Below are positions 1 to 12,609 of a stretch of 64,000 bases of DNA, in pieces. Origin of the DNA: Synechococcus sp. (GTDB lineage Bacteria > Cyanobacteriota > Cyanobacteriia > PCC-6307 > Cyanobiaceae); contig JBJBEO010000001.1 of assembly GCA_047284725.1 (NCBI GenBank), forward strand, positions 2,392,203 to 2,456,202, written 5' to 3'. Positions within the stretch are counted from its first letter, which is position 1. Each line of letters begins with the position of its first letter. Both the position numbers and the translations under genes were made by a program. Below the pieces are notes generated by a model, which worked only from the letters and a program-made list of their open reading frames with translations, did not search any database and was not told where the DNA came from.

Positions 1-8
1 TGGACAAC

Positions 9-488
9 ATGGCCCAGAGCGTTAGTGGCGTAACGGTGCGCAGTGCAGATGGCAGCGACAGAAGCCTCGGCGACTATGCCGGCAACGTGCTGCTCATCGT
101 GAATGTGGCAAGCCGCTGCGGCTTCACCAAGCAATACGCCGGCCTTGAGGCCCTCAATCAGAGCTATGGCGGCCAAGGACTCAAGGTACTGGGCTTTCCC
201 TGCAACGACTTTGGTGCCCAGGAACCGGGCACCCTGGAAGAGATCAAGAGCTTCTGTTCCACCACCTATGGCGCCAGCTTCGAGCTGTTTGACAAGGTGC
301 ACGCCACTGGTAGCACCACAGAGCCCTACACCACCCTCAACAAAACCGAACCGGCCGGCGACGTGGCCTGGAACTTCGAGAAGTTTCTTGTGGGCAAAGA
401 CGGCACGGTGCTTGCCCGCTTCAAGAGTGGCGTTGAGCCCGAATCCACCGAACTGAAAACAGCGATTGAAGCGGCGCTTGCAGCCTGA
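9..488 (+). CDS. gpx: Glutathione peroxidase family protein
   Basis: NVASRCGFT, LGFPCNDFGAQEPG and WNFEKFLV motifs. Confidence 0.95.
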   Translation: MAQSVSGVTVRSADGSDRSLGDYAGNVLLIVNVASRCGFTKQYAGLEALNQSYGGQGLKVLGFPCNDFGAQEPGTLEEIKSFCSTTYGASFELFDKVHATGSTTEPYTTLNKTEPAGDVAWNFEKFLVGKDGTVLARFKSGVEPESTELKTAIEAALAA

Positions 489-499
489 TCCAGCCGGGA

Positions 500-889
500 T
501 TACGTCGGTGGGGGGTGGGGCCTGAGGGCCTGCCCCACCACGAATCCCACCGCCGCTGCACCCAATCCCAGGCCGAGAGTGAGCCCGACCAACCCAAACG
601 CGGCCACCCATTGCCCGCCAACCACCATTGCCACGCAATTCACCATCCAGCTGCTGAACGTGGTGAGCGATCCACAGAAACCGATTCCCAGCAACAACTG
701 ACGGCGAGGACGTGCCGGCAGACCCGCCAGCAGTCCCAGCACAAGGGCCCCAGCCACGTTGGCGATCAGATCCTTGTCACTGAGGTGAACACCGAGCTGC
801 CAACGCATCACGGCGCCGGGTACAGCGCCCAATGCCACCAGCAGCATCTCCTGCAGGTCATGACGCAGGGAGCGGGAGGGGGACGTCAC
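500..889 (-). CDS. crcB: Fluoride channel FluC/CrcB (second copy)
   Basis: Small 4-TM protein, GFCGSLTTFSS signature. Confidence 0.9.
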   Translation of the reverse strand: MTSPSRSLRHDLQEMLLVALGAVPGAVMRWQLGVHLSDKDLIANVAGALVLGLLAGLPARPRRQLLLGIGFCGSLTTFSSWMVNCVAMVVGGQWVAAFGLVGLTLGLGLGAAAVGFVVGQALRPHPPPT

Positions 890-891
890 GC

Positions 892-1293
892 TCAGGCCAC
901 TCCGAGGGCATAGCCGACAGCAGCCAACAGGAACCCTCCCAGCACCGACCCAACCGCCAGCACCGACGCTTCAAGCCACTGCTGAGCGCGAAGACAGTTC
1001 AGCAGCTCCACGGCGAAGGTGGAAAACGTGCTGAGGCTGCCGAAAAACCCTGTACCGATCAGAAGAATCAAGCCATTGCTGCCTGGTGAGGGCTCGACGG
1101 GAGCACTGCTATTTAGCCCCAACACAAGGCCAAGCCCGAAGGCAGCGATCAGATTCACGGCCAAGGTGCCCCAGTGCTTGCGGGGGACGACAGGCTCAAA
1201 ATGATTGACAACGCGCAATCGCAACCAAGCGCCAGGCACAGCCCCCAGCCCCACCAGCACAACCTGCCTCGAAACGCTGAACAGGTCAGCCAT
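892..1293 (-). CDS. crcB: Fluoride channel FluC/CrcB (first copy)
   Basis: [28 protein letters not shown] signature. Confidence 0.92.
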   Translation of the reverse strand: MADLFSVSRQVVLVGLGAVPGAWLRLRVVNHFEPVVPRKHWGTLAVNLIAAFGLGLVLGLNSSAPVEPSPGSNGLILLIGTGFFGSLSTFSTFAVELLNCLRAQQWLEASVLAVGSVLGGFLLAAVGYALGVA

Positions 1294-1623
1294 TCAGCCA
1301 GCCGCGCTGGGGCTGACCAGCCTGATCAGTTCCTGGGCATGAGGCCACCTGAACTTGAAGCCACTCGTGGCCATTCGCGCAACGCCAGCGTCGCAGCACC
1401 CTGAGTGGCGTGCCGAGGTCAAGACGTCGAAGCGACGGGGCACTGACAGAGGGGGAAGCGTGAAGACACTCATCGCCAGCACTGAGCAATGGGCCGCCGC
1501 CATCACGGCGTCGCACTTCCGGCTGACGACGCTCTGCCCCACCGGCGGGCAGTGCAGCCGGAGCGAGCAGGGCCACAGCAAGGAGCCAACTCCAACGCAT
1601 CGCGGTGGCCACCGAATACCGCA

Positions 1624-1624
<1 letters not shown>
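1286..1624 (-). CDS. Exported SH3-like domain protein
   Basis: Hydrophobic signal peptide then [28 protein letters not shown] bacterial SH3-like pattern; start overlaps gyrB stop. Confidence 0.7.
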
Positions 1625-3672
<2,048 letters not shown>

Positions 3673-3709
3673 TCATTTTTCGTGGGGGTGCACCCCCTGC
3701 ATTCAGACC

Positions 3710-4654
3710 ATGGCAGCCAGCAGCGTCGTCAACCCCAGCTCCAGCGGCTCATCAACAGACGACGAACGCCCTCTGGTGGTGGTGCTTCTCGGTCCCACCG
3801 CCAGCGGCAAAACCGCCCTGGGCATCGCCCTTGCCAAAGCGTTGCAACTGGACGTGATCAATGTGGATTCCAGGCAGCTCTACCGCGAGATGAACGTGGG
3901 CACCGCCAAACCCACGGCATCGCAACAAGCGGAGGCCATCCATCACCTGCTGGATCTGCGCTCACCCGATCACCCGCTGACGCTGCAGGAATTCAAGAGC
4001 GCGGCCATGCAAGCCGTGAATCAGTCCATCCAGACGAGAGGCATGGCACTGCTTGTGGGGGGCAGCGGGTTGTACCTCAAAGCCCTCACAGGCGGCCTTC
4101 GACCTCCGGCCGTGCCGCCACAACCACAGCTGCGCGCACAGCTGGAGGAGCTTGGCCAGGCGATCTGCCATCCCCTGCTGTCTCAAGCGGATCCAGTCGC
4201 AGCCGCACGCATCGCCCCGGCCGACGCCGTGCGCACCCAGCGCGCCCTTGAGGTGCTCTATGCCTCGGGACGCACAATCAGCTCCCAGCAAGGGGCCGAA
4301 CCACCGCCATGGCGGGTGCTGGAACTGGGGCTCGACCCCGAGAATCTGCGCCAGCGCATCGTGCAGCGCACCAATCAGCTGTATCGCGATGGACTGGTGG
4401 AGGAGACCGACCAGCTGCGCCAGCGCTATGGAAAGGAGCTGCCTCTGCTGCAGACCATCGGTTATGCAGAAGCGCTCCGGGAACTCGACGGCCAACTCAG
4501 CCGTGAAGACGCCATCGCGGTGACCACCCGACGTACCCAGCAATTCGCCAAACGACAACGCACCTGGTTCCGCCGTCAACATCAACCACACTGGCTCCGT
4601 GGTGGGGAACCTCTCAACGATGCGATGACACTGATCAAGGGAGGTCTAGTGTGA
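3710..4654 (+). CDS. miaA: tRNA dimethylallyltransferase
   Basis: [36 protein letters not shown]; in-frame ATG at 3710 chosen over 3590. Confidence 0.96.
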   Translation: MAASSVVNPSSSGSSTDDERPLVVVLLGPTASGKTALGIALAKALQLDVINVDSRQLYREMNVGTAKPTASQQAEAIHHLLDLRSPDHPLTLQEFKSAAMQAVNQSIQTRGMALLVGGSGLYLKALTGGLRPPAVPPQPQLRAQLEELGQAICHPLLSQADPVAAARIAPADAVRTQRALEVLYASGRTISSQQGAEPPPWRVLELGLDPENLRQRIVQRTNQLYRDGLVEETDQLRQRYGKELPLLQTIGYAEALRELDGQLSREDAIAVTTRRTQQFAKRQRTWFRRQHQPHWLRGGEPLNDAMTLIKGGLV

Positions 4655-4720
4655 GAAGAGAAGTGGTCGCGCTTGCTCCAGCGGAGCAGCCGTCCTTTCC
4701 TGGTTCCCTCAACACCCTGA

Positions 4721-5380
4721 ATGCCTCCACGTCCCCGTTTTGATCGACGCGCTCCCGTCCGGGAGCTCCCCAACATCAACGAACGCATCAACTATCCACA
4801 GCTTCGTGTTGTTGACGCTGACGGCACCCAGCTTGGTGTGATCGATAGGGAAGATGCACTGTCAGTTGCCAAAGAGCGCGAGCTGGATCTGGTGCTCGTG
4901 AGCGAGAAAGCCGATCCCCCGGTCTGCCGGATCATGGATTACGGCAAATTCAAATTTGAACAGGAAAAGAAGGCTAAGGAAGCCAAGAAAAAATCGCATC
5001 AGACCGAAGTCAAGGAGGTCAAGATGCGCTACAAGATCGATCGCCACGACTACGACGTTCGAATCGGACAGGCACAGCGCTTCCTCAAAGCCGGCGATAA
5101 AGTCAAGTGCACTGTGATTTTCCGAGGTCGGGAAATTCAACACACAGCCTTGGCCGAAGTGCTTCTGCGCCGCATGGCGAAGGATCTTGAGGAGCAGGCT
5201 GAGATTCAGCAGGCTCCCAAACGGGAGGGTCGAAACATGATCATGTTCCTCACCCCGCGCAAAACACCTCTGGTGAAGAAGGACAAAGACGACGAACAAC
5301 CCGTGGTCAAAGCGGTGCGCACCATCACAGCTCCCCCTCGAGCCGCCAGGGCAGCCGGCAAGCCAAACCCTCAGGCCTGA
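4721..5380 (+). CDS. infC: Translation initiation factor IF-3
   Basis: [32 protein letters not shown]. Confidence 0.98.
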   Translation: MPPRPRFDRRAPVRELPNINERINYPQLRVVDADGTQLGVIDREDALSVAKERELDLVLVSEKADPPVCRIMDYGKFKFEQEKKAKEAKKKSHQTEVKEVKMRYKIDRHDYDVRIGQAQRFLKAGDKVKCTVIFRGREIQHTALAEVLLRRMAKDLEEQAEIQQAPKREGRNMIMFLTPRKTPLVKKDKDDEQPVVKAVRTITAPPRAARAAGKPNPQA

Positions 5381-6123
5381 AGCACCTCACGCATCAGAAG
5401 CTCCCAGCCCTGTAATGCTGCGGCTGGGTGATAACTCGCGCGGGCATCACACATGAAGCCATGGTCTGCACCATCCATGGCCACATACCGAAGGCGTGAT
5501 GCCGTGGGATCAGCTTTCAGAAGGGACTGAGCAATCTGACGCTGATCCTCAGGTGGGATGAGCAGATCCGCCGTGCCGCAGACACAGATGAGTCGGCCGT
5601 CGACCTCGGGCAAAAGAGTCAGACTTGGTTCCCCGCCGCCTGGCCTGCCCTGGCAAATGCCCGCGCCGTAAAAATTGATGCTGCTGTGAACCTCAGGCAA
5701 CGTTGCCGCCAGCAGCGCGGCATGGCCTCCAAAGCAAAAGCCCACCACAGTGAGACGCTGACAACCCTGGCCCTGCAACCAGCCGGCTGCAGCGACAACA
5801 TCCGCGAGTATCGATGTCGTCTGGGTCTGATCCTTGTGACGGCGCCCTTCCAGCAGGGACGCTTGGTCGTATGCAAGGTCTAACTGGGGTGCCGTACGCG
5901 CGAAGAGGGGCATAGCCAAGGCCGAAACGCCGGCGGCGGCGATGCGATCCGCAACGCCACGCACCCAGGCGTTGACACCGAAGACCTCTGGCAACACGAG
6001 AACGGCCCGCTCCTGGCACCGTCTCGTCCCAAACGCTGGTGCCCACCAGCAGCGCAGAGGCACCTCCGGCCCCTCAAGGCTTCGCCAGGAGGACGGGAAT
6101 AAAGGCTGCGAAACAATTGGCAT
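5371..6123 (-). CDS. Dienelactone hydrolase family protein
   Basis: PEVFGVN, nucleophile GFCFGG, ADHGF; start uncertain (6123 or 6165). Confidence 0.9.
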   Translation of the reverse strand: MPIVSQPLFPSSWRSLEGPEVPLRCWWAPAFGTRRCQERAVLVLPEVFGVNAWVRGVADRIAAAGVSALAMPLFARTAPQLDLAYDQASLLEGRRHKDQTQTTSILADVVAAAGWLQGQGCQRLTVVGFCFGGHAALLAATLPEVHSSINFYGAGICQGRPGGGEPSLTLLPEVDGRLICVCGTADLLIPPEDQRQIAQSLLKADPTASRLRYVAMDGADHGFMCDARASYHPAAALQGWELLMREVLQA

Positions 6124-6202
6124 AGGGACACGGACCACCCAATCAATTGTCACCAGGACGATCACTTCTTAAGGTGGCCGCAATTCGATCCGGTCCACCG
6201 GC

Positions 6203-7192
6203 GTGCGATTCCACATTCAGCAGGAAAGCGACATTCCGGCGTCGACCCAGCTCTACAACCAAATCTGTTTCGCCATCGCGGCACGTCATTACCCTCCGGG
6301 TCACCGCTTGCCGAGCACACGCCAACTGGCCATGCAGACCGGCCTCCATCGCAACACCATCAGCAAGGTGTATCGCCAGCTGGAAACCGATGGTGTGGTT
6401 GAAGCGATGGCTGGCTCAGGCATCTACGTGCGGGACCAGCAAAAACCGCGCGAAGTGCGAACTCCGGTGCACATCCGCAACCGCGGCGTCACCGACCTTG
6501 ATCGCGAAGTGCGCAAGTGTGTTGACGGCCTGCTCAATGCCGGCTGCACCTTGCAGCAAACCCGCGAGCTCCTCACCCGCGAAATCGACTGGCGCCTCCG
6601 CTGTGGCGCCAGGGTGCTTGTCAGCACCCCGAGAGAAGACATCGGTGCTTCGATGCTGATCTCAGAAGAACTGGAACCCTGCCTCGACGTGCCTGTCGAA
6701 GTGGTGCCGATGGAAGAGCTCGAAAGTGTGCTGGAAAGCGCCAGCAACGGCACGGTGGTCACCAGCCGCTACTTCCTTCAGCCAATCGAGGAACTCGCCA
6801 AACGGCATGGCGTCAGGGCCGTTGCCGTCGACCTCAACGATTTCCGCGAAGAACTCAACCTGCTGAAGGAGCTGCGGGCGGGCAGTTGCGTGGGCCTGGT
6901 CAGCATCAGTCCAGGCATCCTGCGGGCGGCCGAAGTGATTCTGCACAGCATGCGCGGCAATGAGCTGTTGCTGATGACCGCGACCCCCGATGTGGGGAGC
7001 CGCCTACTGGCGCTGCTGCGTGCCTCCAGCCATGTGCTTTGCGATCGACCCAGCTTGCCGCTGGTGGAGCAAAGCCTGCGTCAGAACCGCTCACAACTGA
7101 TGCGCATGCCCCAGGTGCATTGCGCCGAAAGCTATCTGAGCGGCGACACGATCGAACTGCTTCGCAAGGAAATCGGCCTGCAGACCAACTGA
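6203..7192 (+). CDS. plmA: GntR family regulator, cyanobacterial PlmA type
   Basis: GHRLPSTRQLA..HRNTISKVYRQLE..GSGIYV wHTH plus cyanobacterial C-terminal domain. Confidence 0.88.
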   Translation: MRFHIQQESDIPASTQLYNQICFAIAARHYPPGHRLPSTRQLAMQTGLHRNTISKVYRQLETDGVVEAMAGSGIYVRDQQKPREVRTPVHIRNRGVTDLDREVRKCVDGLLNAGCTLQQTRELLTREIDWRLRCGARVLVSTPREDIGASMLISEELEPCLDVPVEVVPMEELESVLESASNGTVVTSRYFLQPIEELAKRHGVRAVAVDLNDFREELNLLKELRAGSCVGLVSISPGILRAAEVILHSMRGNELLLMTATPDVGSRLLALLRASSHVLCDRPSLPLVEQSLRQNRSQLMRMPQVHCAESYLSGDTIELLRKEIGLQTN

Positions 7193-7282
7193 AGCTACCC
7201 AATCCGCGTCCTCACCCCCACACCCGGCACCGGCGCCGAGTGATGATGCCTGCACCAGGAGCGCGTGCGTAGCGGCAGGGCC

Positions 7283-8020
7283 ATGTTCAAACAGATCCGA
7301 GCCGACCTGGCCCTCATCCGTGATCGGGATCCAGCCGCGCGCGGGCCCCTGGAAATTCTGCTCTGCTACCCAGGGTTTCAGGCGATCACGGTGCATCGCC
7401 TGAGCCACCGGCTCTGGCATTCACGCTTGCCACTGAAGCTGCCCGCACGGCTCCTGAGCCAACTCAGCCGCGGCATCACGGGGATTGAGATCCATCCGGG
7501 CGCCCGCATCGGCAACGGCGTGTTCATCGACCACGGCATGGGAGTCGTGATCGGCGAAACCGCTGAGGTGGGTGACCACTGCCTGCTGTATCAGGGTGTC
7601 ACCCTTGGGGGAACGGGCAAGGAGAGCGGCAAACGCCATCCCACTCTGGACAGCAACGTGGTGGTGGGGGCCGGCGCCAAGGTGCTGGGGGCCCTGAAAA
7701 TTGGCACCAACACCCGCATCGGCGCCGGATCGGTGGTGGTGCGCGACGTGGAGGCCGATTCCACGGTGGTGGGCATCCCAGGCAGGGTGATTCATCAAAG
7801 CGGCGTACGCATCAATCCCCTGGCCCACTCCGCCCTACCGGATGCGGAAGCGAACGTGATCCGCAACCTGATGGAACGGATCGATCAGCTCGAAAATCAA
7901 GTGAGCATGCTGCAAACCTGTCTGAAATCGGTGGCCGCAGGCCGTCCGATCAGTGACGTGAAAGCTGGAAAAGCCCAGAGCCTCAAGGACCGGGAGATCC
8001 TTGAGTTTCTGGGGGAATGA
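7283..8020 (+). CDS. cysE: Serine O-acetyltransferase
   Basis: [32 protein letters not shown] hexapeptide repeats. Confidence 0.97.
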   Translation: MFKQIRADLALIRDRDPAARGPLEILLCYPGFQAITVHRLSHRLWHSRLPLKLPARLLSQLSRGITGIEIHPGARIGNGVFIDHGMGVVIGETAEVGDHCLLYQGVTLGGTGKESGKRHPTLDSNVVVGAGAKVLGALKIGTNTRIGAGSVVVRDVEADSTVVGIPGRVIHQSGVRINPLAHSALPDAEANVIRNLMERIDQLENQVSMLQTCLKSVAAGRPISDVKAGKAQSLKDREILEFLGE

Positions 8021-8044
8021 GCCTGCTGAGGCACCGAAGCGTCT

Positions 8045-10897
8045 TTAGACGTTGGTGGTCTGCTGTGCAGCAGATGGCGCTGGCTGGAACATGAACATCG
8101 AATAGATCACGTTGCGGCGCATGTTGGTCATCATCTCGAGGAACATGTCGTAACCCTCGTTCTTGTATTCGATCAAAGGGTCTTTCTGGCCATAGCCACG
8201 CAGGCCCACCGATTCACGCAGGGCATCCATCGCCTGCAAATGCTCCCGCCAGAGCGTGTCGATCTGCTGAAGGATGAAGAAGCGCTCGGCCTCACGCATC
8301 AGGCCAGGACGGTCCTGCTCGATCTGACCCTCCTTGAGGTCATAGGCATTGCGCAGCTGCTCCTGCAGGAAAGCCTTGAGGTCATCCATCGAGAGGCCGT
8401 TGAGCTGCTCTGGCTCTAGATCATCGAGGAGATACACAAACTCCTTGACCTTGCTCACCAGCTGACCGAGATCCCACTCTTCCGGGGGCAGATCGGGATT
8501 CACATAGGCCTCGACGATCTCGTTCATGGTGCGTTCGCCGTAGCCGATCACCTGCTTCTTCAGCTCGCGGCCTTCCAGCACGCGGCGGCGCTCGGAATAC
8601 ACCGCACGACGCTGGTTGTTCATCACTTCGTCGTACTCGAACACCTGCTTGCGGATGTCGTAGTAGTACGTCTCCACCTTTTTCTGAGCACCCTCCAGAG
8701 AGCGGGTGAGCATGCCCGACTCGATCGGCATGTCTTCCTCAACGCGGAAAGCATTCATCAAGCCGGCAACGCGATCACCACCGAAGATGCGCAGAAGGTT
8801 GTCGCCCAGCGAAAGGAAGAAGCGCGTGGATCCCGGATCTCCCTGGCGCCCAGCACGGCCGCGCAGCTGATTGTCGACGCGGCGGGATTCGTGCCGTTCC
8901 GTACCGATCACATGCAGGCCCCCCGCTTCCCGCACACGCGCCTCCTCCTGCTTCACCACCACGTCGTATTCAGCCCTGACGCGAGCAATCGCAGCTCGCA
9001 GAGAACCAATCTGGGCATCCTCGGTTGGAGCCTTCTCGGCTGCAGTGGCAATCCTGTCTTCCAGCTCAATCACAGAGAGGGCCCGGTCGCCCCAGGTCTT
9101 CACAAGATCACGCGCCAGATCCGCCAGGGATTGATCGGTGTCCTCGCTGAGCTGACAGGGATAAAGGCTGCCGATTGCCCGGGCTTCGCTGGGAGCCGCC
9201 CCATGGGGACCCGACGACGGCGCCGCTTTGGCGGCAAACCCGGAAGCTTCGCCACTCCGTTGTAGGGGAACGGGAGGACGATGACCCTCCTCTGGCTTGA
9301 CGAGACGCGGCAGCAGCACCTCACGCAACTTGAGACGCGCCATGTAATCGCTGTTGCCACCCAAGATGATGTCGGTCCCGCGACCGGCCATGTTGGTCGC
9401 AATGGTGACCGCACCGGAGCGACCCGCCTGGGCGACGATCTCAGCTTCCCGCTCCACATTTTCGGGCTTGGCGTTGAGCAGGTTGTGGGGGATCGACTCC
9501 TCCGCCAGCAAGGTGCTGAGCAATTCGCTCTTCTCGACGCTGGTGGTGCCCACCAACACCGGACGCCCGTCGCGGTGAATATCGGCGGTCTCCTTGGCCA
9601 CTGCGCGCCACTTGGCCGTTTCAGTCTTGTACACCTGATCAGCCAGGTCACGGCGCGCCCGGACCCGGTTGGTGGGAACAATCGTGGTTTCGAGCTTGTA
9701 GGTCTTCTCGAATTCCACCTCCTCGGTTTTAGCCGTACCGGTCATACCGGCAAGACGTGGATACAGCAGGAAGAAGTTCTGATAAGTGATTGAGGCCAGT
9801 GTCTGGGTTTCAGGCTGGATTGGCAGGCTTTCCTTGGCTTCGATGGCCTGGTGCTGACCATCACTCCAGCGGCGACCGGGCATCACCCGACCAGTGAACT
9901 CATCCACGATCACAGCCTCACCATCGCGAACGATGTAATTCACATCGCGCACGAACAGTTCCTTGGCCTTGAGGGCATTGGTGATGTAGTGGGCCCAGGG
10001 ATCCTGGGGGTCGTAGAGATCCGAGACACCGAGCAGCTTCTCAGCCTTCGCAAAGCCGTCATCCGTGAGGGTGCAGCTGCGCTGCTTTTCATCCACCTCG
10101 TAGTCCCCTTCAGGATCAATGCCGTCTTTGCCCATCTCAGCGGCCCGCTCCAGAGTCTCAGCCACCTCGGATGCCTGCTGATACTTCTCCTGCGGGCGCT
10201 CCACCTGACCAGAAATGATCAGTGGGGTGCGGGCCTCATCGATCAGGATCGAATCCACCTCATCGATCACGCAGTACTGGAACTCCCGCTGCACGACCTC
10301 GCTGATGTCGTTCGCCATGTTGTCGCGGAGGTAATCAAACCCCAGCTCCGAATTGGTGGCGTAGGTGATGTCGCAACCGTAGTTGCGACGACGGGTGGCG
10401 GGATCCATGTCCTGCTGGATCAGACCCACCGACAACCCCAGGAAACGGTGCACCTGACCCATCCACTCGGCATCCCTGCGCGCGAGATAGTCGTTGACGG
10501 TGACCACGTGCACGCCGCGACCAGTAAGAGCGTTGAGGTAACTGGGCAGAGTGGCAACAAGGGTTTTGCCCTCACCCGTTTTCATTTCGGCGATCTGCCC
10601 CTCGTGCAGCACCATGCCGCCGATCATCTGCACGTCGAAATGGCGCATGCCGAGGACGCGTTTGCCGGCTTCACGCACCACGGCAAATGCTTCTGGCAGC
10701 AGTTCGTCGAGCAAGGGTCTCTGTTTCTCCAGCGGACCTGCCTTCTCAAGACGCTGGCGGAAGTCGGCGGTGCGACGGCGCAGGTCGTCGTCGCTGAGAG
10801 GAGCAATCTCCTCCTCCAGCAGATTGATGTCCGACACGATCGGCTGGTAACGCTTCAGCTTGCGGGCATTGGGGTCACCCAGCAGGAGCTTGAGCAT
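8045..10897 (-). CDS. secA: Preprotein translocase subunit SecA
   Basis: [49 protein letters not shown]. Confidence 0.99.
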   Translation of the reverse strand: MLKLLLGDPNARKLKRYQPIVSDINLLEEEIAPLSDDDLRRRTADFRQRLEKAGPLEKQRPLLDELLPEAFAVVREAGKRVLGMRHFDVQMIGGMVLHEGQIAEMKTGEGKTLVATLPSYLNALTGRGVHVVTVNDYLARRDAEWMGQVHRFLGLSVGLIQQDMDPATRRRNYGCDITYATNSELGFDYLRDNMANDISEVVQREFQYCVIDEVDSILIDEARTPLIISGQVERPQEKYQQASEVAETLERAAEMGKDGIDPEGDYEVDEKQRSCTLTDDGFAKAEKLLGVSDLYDPQDPWAHYITNALKAKELFVRDVNYIVRDGEAVIVDEFTGRVMPGRRWSDGQHQAIEAKESLPIQPETQTLASITYQNFFLLYPRLAGMTGTAKTEEVEFEKTYKLETTIVPTNRVRARRDLADQVYKTETAKWRAVAKETADIHRDGRPVLVGTTSVEKSELLSTLLAEESIPHNLLNAKPENVEREAEIVAQAGRSGAVTIATNMAGRGTDIILGGNSDYMARLKLREVLLPRLVKPEEGHRPPVPLQRSGEASGFAAKAAPSSGPHGAAPSEARAIGSLYPCQLSEDTDQSLADLARDLVKTWGDRALSVIELEDRIATAAEKAPTEDAQIGSLRAAIARVRAEYDVVVKQEEARVREAGGLHVIGTERHESRRVDNQLRGRAGRQGDPGSTRFFLSLGDNLLRIFGGDRVAGLMNAFRVEEDMPIESGMLTRSLEGAQKKVETYYYDIRKQVFEYDEVMNNQRRAVYSERRRVLEGRELKKQVIGYGERTMNEIVEAYVNPDLPPEEWDLGQLVSKVKEFVYLLDDLEPEQLNGLSMDDLKAFLQEQLRNAYDLKEGQIEQDRPGLMREAERFFILQQIDTLWREHLQAMDALRESVGLRGYGQKDPLIEYKNEGYDMFLEMMTNMRRNVIYSMFMFQPAPSAAQQTTNV

Positions 10898-11098
10898 GGA
10901 AGCAGCGGATCATCTGGAGGCCAGCCTACTGAGAACAGGCAAACGTCCTGCCAGATCGGCGCAACCGACGCACGGCCAATCAAAACGACTCGATCCGACC
11001 GAGCCAGCACCACTCGATGCTGCTCCAAGTCTCCGAGATGACGACCCATGCCCCCGAGGGAACGCAGGGAAGGATGATGAAGACCGAGCCTCATTGCC

Positions 11099-11554
11099 AT
11101 GGCACGCATCCGCCTGGTTGAACACGCCCGGGGAGCCCCCGGAATGCGCTGGTTAGGCCTGGGCCCGGGGTACCGGCCCAGCCGCAGCCTGCTCAAGCTG
11201 CGTCGTTTATTCCAGAAACATGCGTTCTGGGCTGAGAACCGCAGCAACAGCGACCTCAAGCGCATGCTGGCGGGCAGCACTGTGGTGGTGAGCCTCTGGC
11301 GGGGAAAACGTTTAGTGGGGTTCGGCCGCGCCCACAGCGATGGCATTCACCGTGCCGTGCTCTGGGACATCGTGGTAGCAGGCGACCTGCAAGGCAAGGG
11401 ACTGGGCCGCCGCGTGGTGGAAGCTTTGCTGGCAGCTCCTTCGATTCGCAATGTGGAACGGGTTTATCTGATGACCACAAATAGTGCCGGTTTCTACAAA
11501 CAACTCGGCTTTTTTGACGCTGTTCCTCAGCAACTGCTGATCAGGAAGCAATAA
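11099..11554 (+). CDS. GNAT family N-acetyltransferase (Ycf52-like)
   Basis: LVGFGRA, WDIVV, QGKGLG acetyl-CoA motif, FYKQLGF. Confidence 0.88.
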   Translation: MARIRLVEHARGAPGMRWLGLGPGYRPSRSLLKLRRLFQKHAFWAENRSNSDLKRMLAGSTVVVSLWRGKRLVGFGRAHSDGIHRAVLWDIVVAGDLQGKGLGRRVVEALLAAPSIRNVERVYLMTTNSAGFYKQLGFFDAVPQQLLIRKQ

Positions 11555-11557
11555 GAA

Positions 11558-11629
11558 AGCGGATGAAGAGATTCGAACTCTCGACCCTCTCCTTGGCAAG
11601 GAGATGCTCTACCACTGAGCTACATCCGC
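11558..11629 (-). tRNA. tRNA-Gly(GCC)
   Basis: Reverse strand GCGGATGTAGCTCAGTGGTAGAGC-ATCTCCTTGCCAAGGAG-..GTTCGAATC..ATCCGCT cloverleaf; CCA not encoded. Confidence 0.97.
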
Positions 11630-11696
11630 AAGTCGGCCGTGAGGATGTGTCCCTCGCGACCAGGAAAGCATGCACTAACGGGGTGCCCTCAGTCAA

Positions 11697-12173
11697 TCAA
11701 CCGATCGCTTTCATCAAGGAGCCCATCTCGAGGGCCTCGAGGCCGTAACTCCAGCCCAGGTTGTTCTTAATCCCCGCCCGTTCAAGAGCCTGCTGCATCG
11801 TGTCGGTCGTCAGCACGCCGAAAATCACAGGAACACCAGTGTCCCGCGAAACCGAGGCCACGCCTTTACTTGCTTCTGCCACCACCACGTCGAAGTGAGG
11901 AGTGTCACCACGAATCACTGCACCCAGCGTGATCAGCACGTCATAGCGACCGGTGCGAGCCATGGTTTGGGCCACCAGCGGCAACTCAAACGATCCCGGC
12001 ACCCAGGCCACATCCAACTGAGCACTGGTCGCGGAGGCATCGACGCCGTGTCGCGAGAGGCAATCCAGACAGCCACTCAACAGCTTGCTGGTGACCAGAT
12101 CGTTAAAACGAGCCACAACCACCCCGATACGCAAACCCTGCGCATCAGTAAAACGCCCTTCAAACGTGGCCAT
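11697..12173 (-). CDS. ribH: 6,7-dimethyl-8-ribityllumazine synthase
   Basis: [31 protein letters not shown]. Confidence 0.97.
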   Translation of the reverse strand: MATFEGRFTDAQGLRIGVVVARFNDLVTSKLLSGCLDCLSRHGVDASATSAQLDVAWVPGSFELPLVAQTMARTGRYDVLITLGAVIRGDTPHFDVVVAEASKGVASVSRDTGVPVIFGVLTTDTMQQALERAGIKNNLGWSYGLEALEMGSLMKAIG

Positions 12174-12268
12174 GACACCAGCTGACACTGACCTAATGCT
12201 CCCACTCGGGGGAGATCACCATGGAATCAGGTCAGACAGCGCGGAACAATCGACGATCTGGGAGAGGT

Positions 12269-12457
12269 TCAGACCACGAAAAAGCTGACACCCCAGTTGA
12301 GCAGCACCAAGGCAACCCAAGCGATGCCGCCAAGAAGGATCAAACGATTGGAGCGGCCGCTGTCCTCACTGGAGGCGTACAGCACAGGCACAGCCACAAT
12401 CAGGGCAAACGACATCACCACCAGGGCCAGAACGGTGAGGGTGTTGAGGATCTGCAT
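12269..12457 (-). CDS. psbZ: Photosystem II protein PsbZ
   Basis: 62 aa, two TM helices, [14 protein letters not shown] motif. Confidence 0.95.
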   Translation of the reverse strand: MQILNTLTVLALVVMSFALIVAVPVLYASSEDSGRSNRLILLGGIAWVALVLLNWGVSFFVV

Positions 12458-12609
12458 GGATTCAGTCGACGCCAGGTCGGTGGTGGGAATTCTCACACGT
12501 TGGGGCCGAAGGATCCGGACAAGGCCCCGGCAACCTTTACAGCTTGTGGTGAAGCTCGCGCAACGAGCCCCTTACGATCGTCCCCCCGCCAGCGCCCTCC
12601 GTGCCTCAA

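Noticed and set aside
11558..11629. tRNA-Gly(GCC) as an integration site
   Set aside because: No integrase, no duplicated 3' end seen, ordinary flanking genes.
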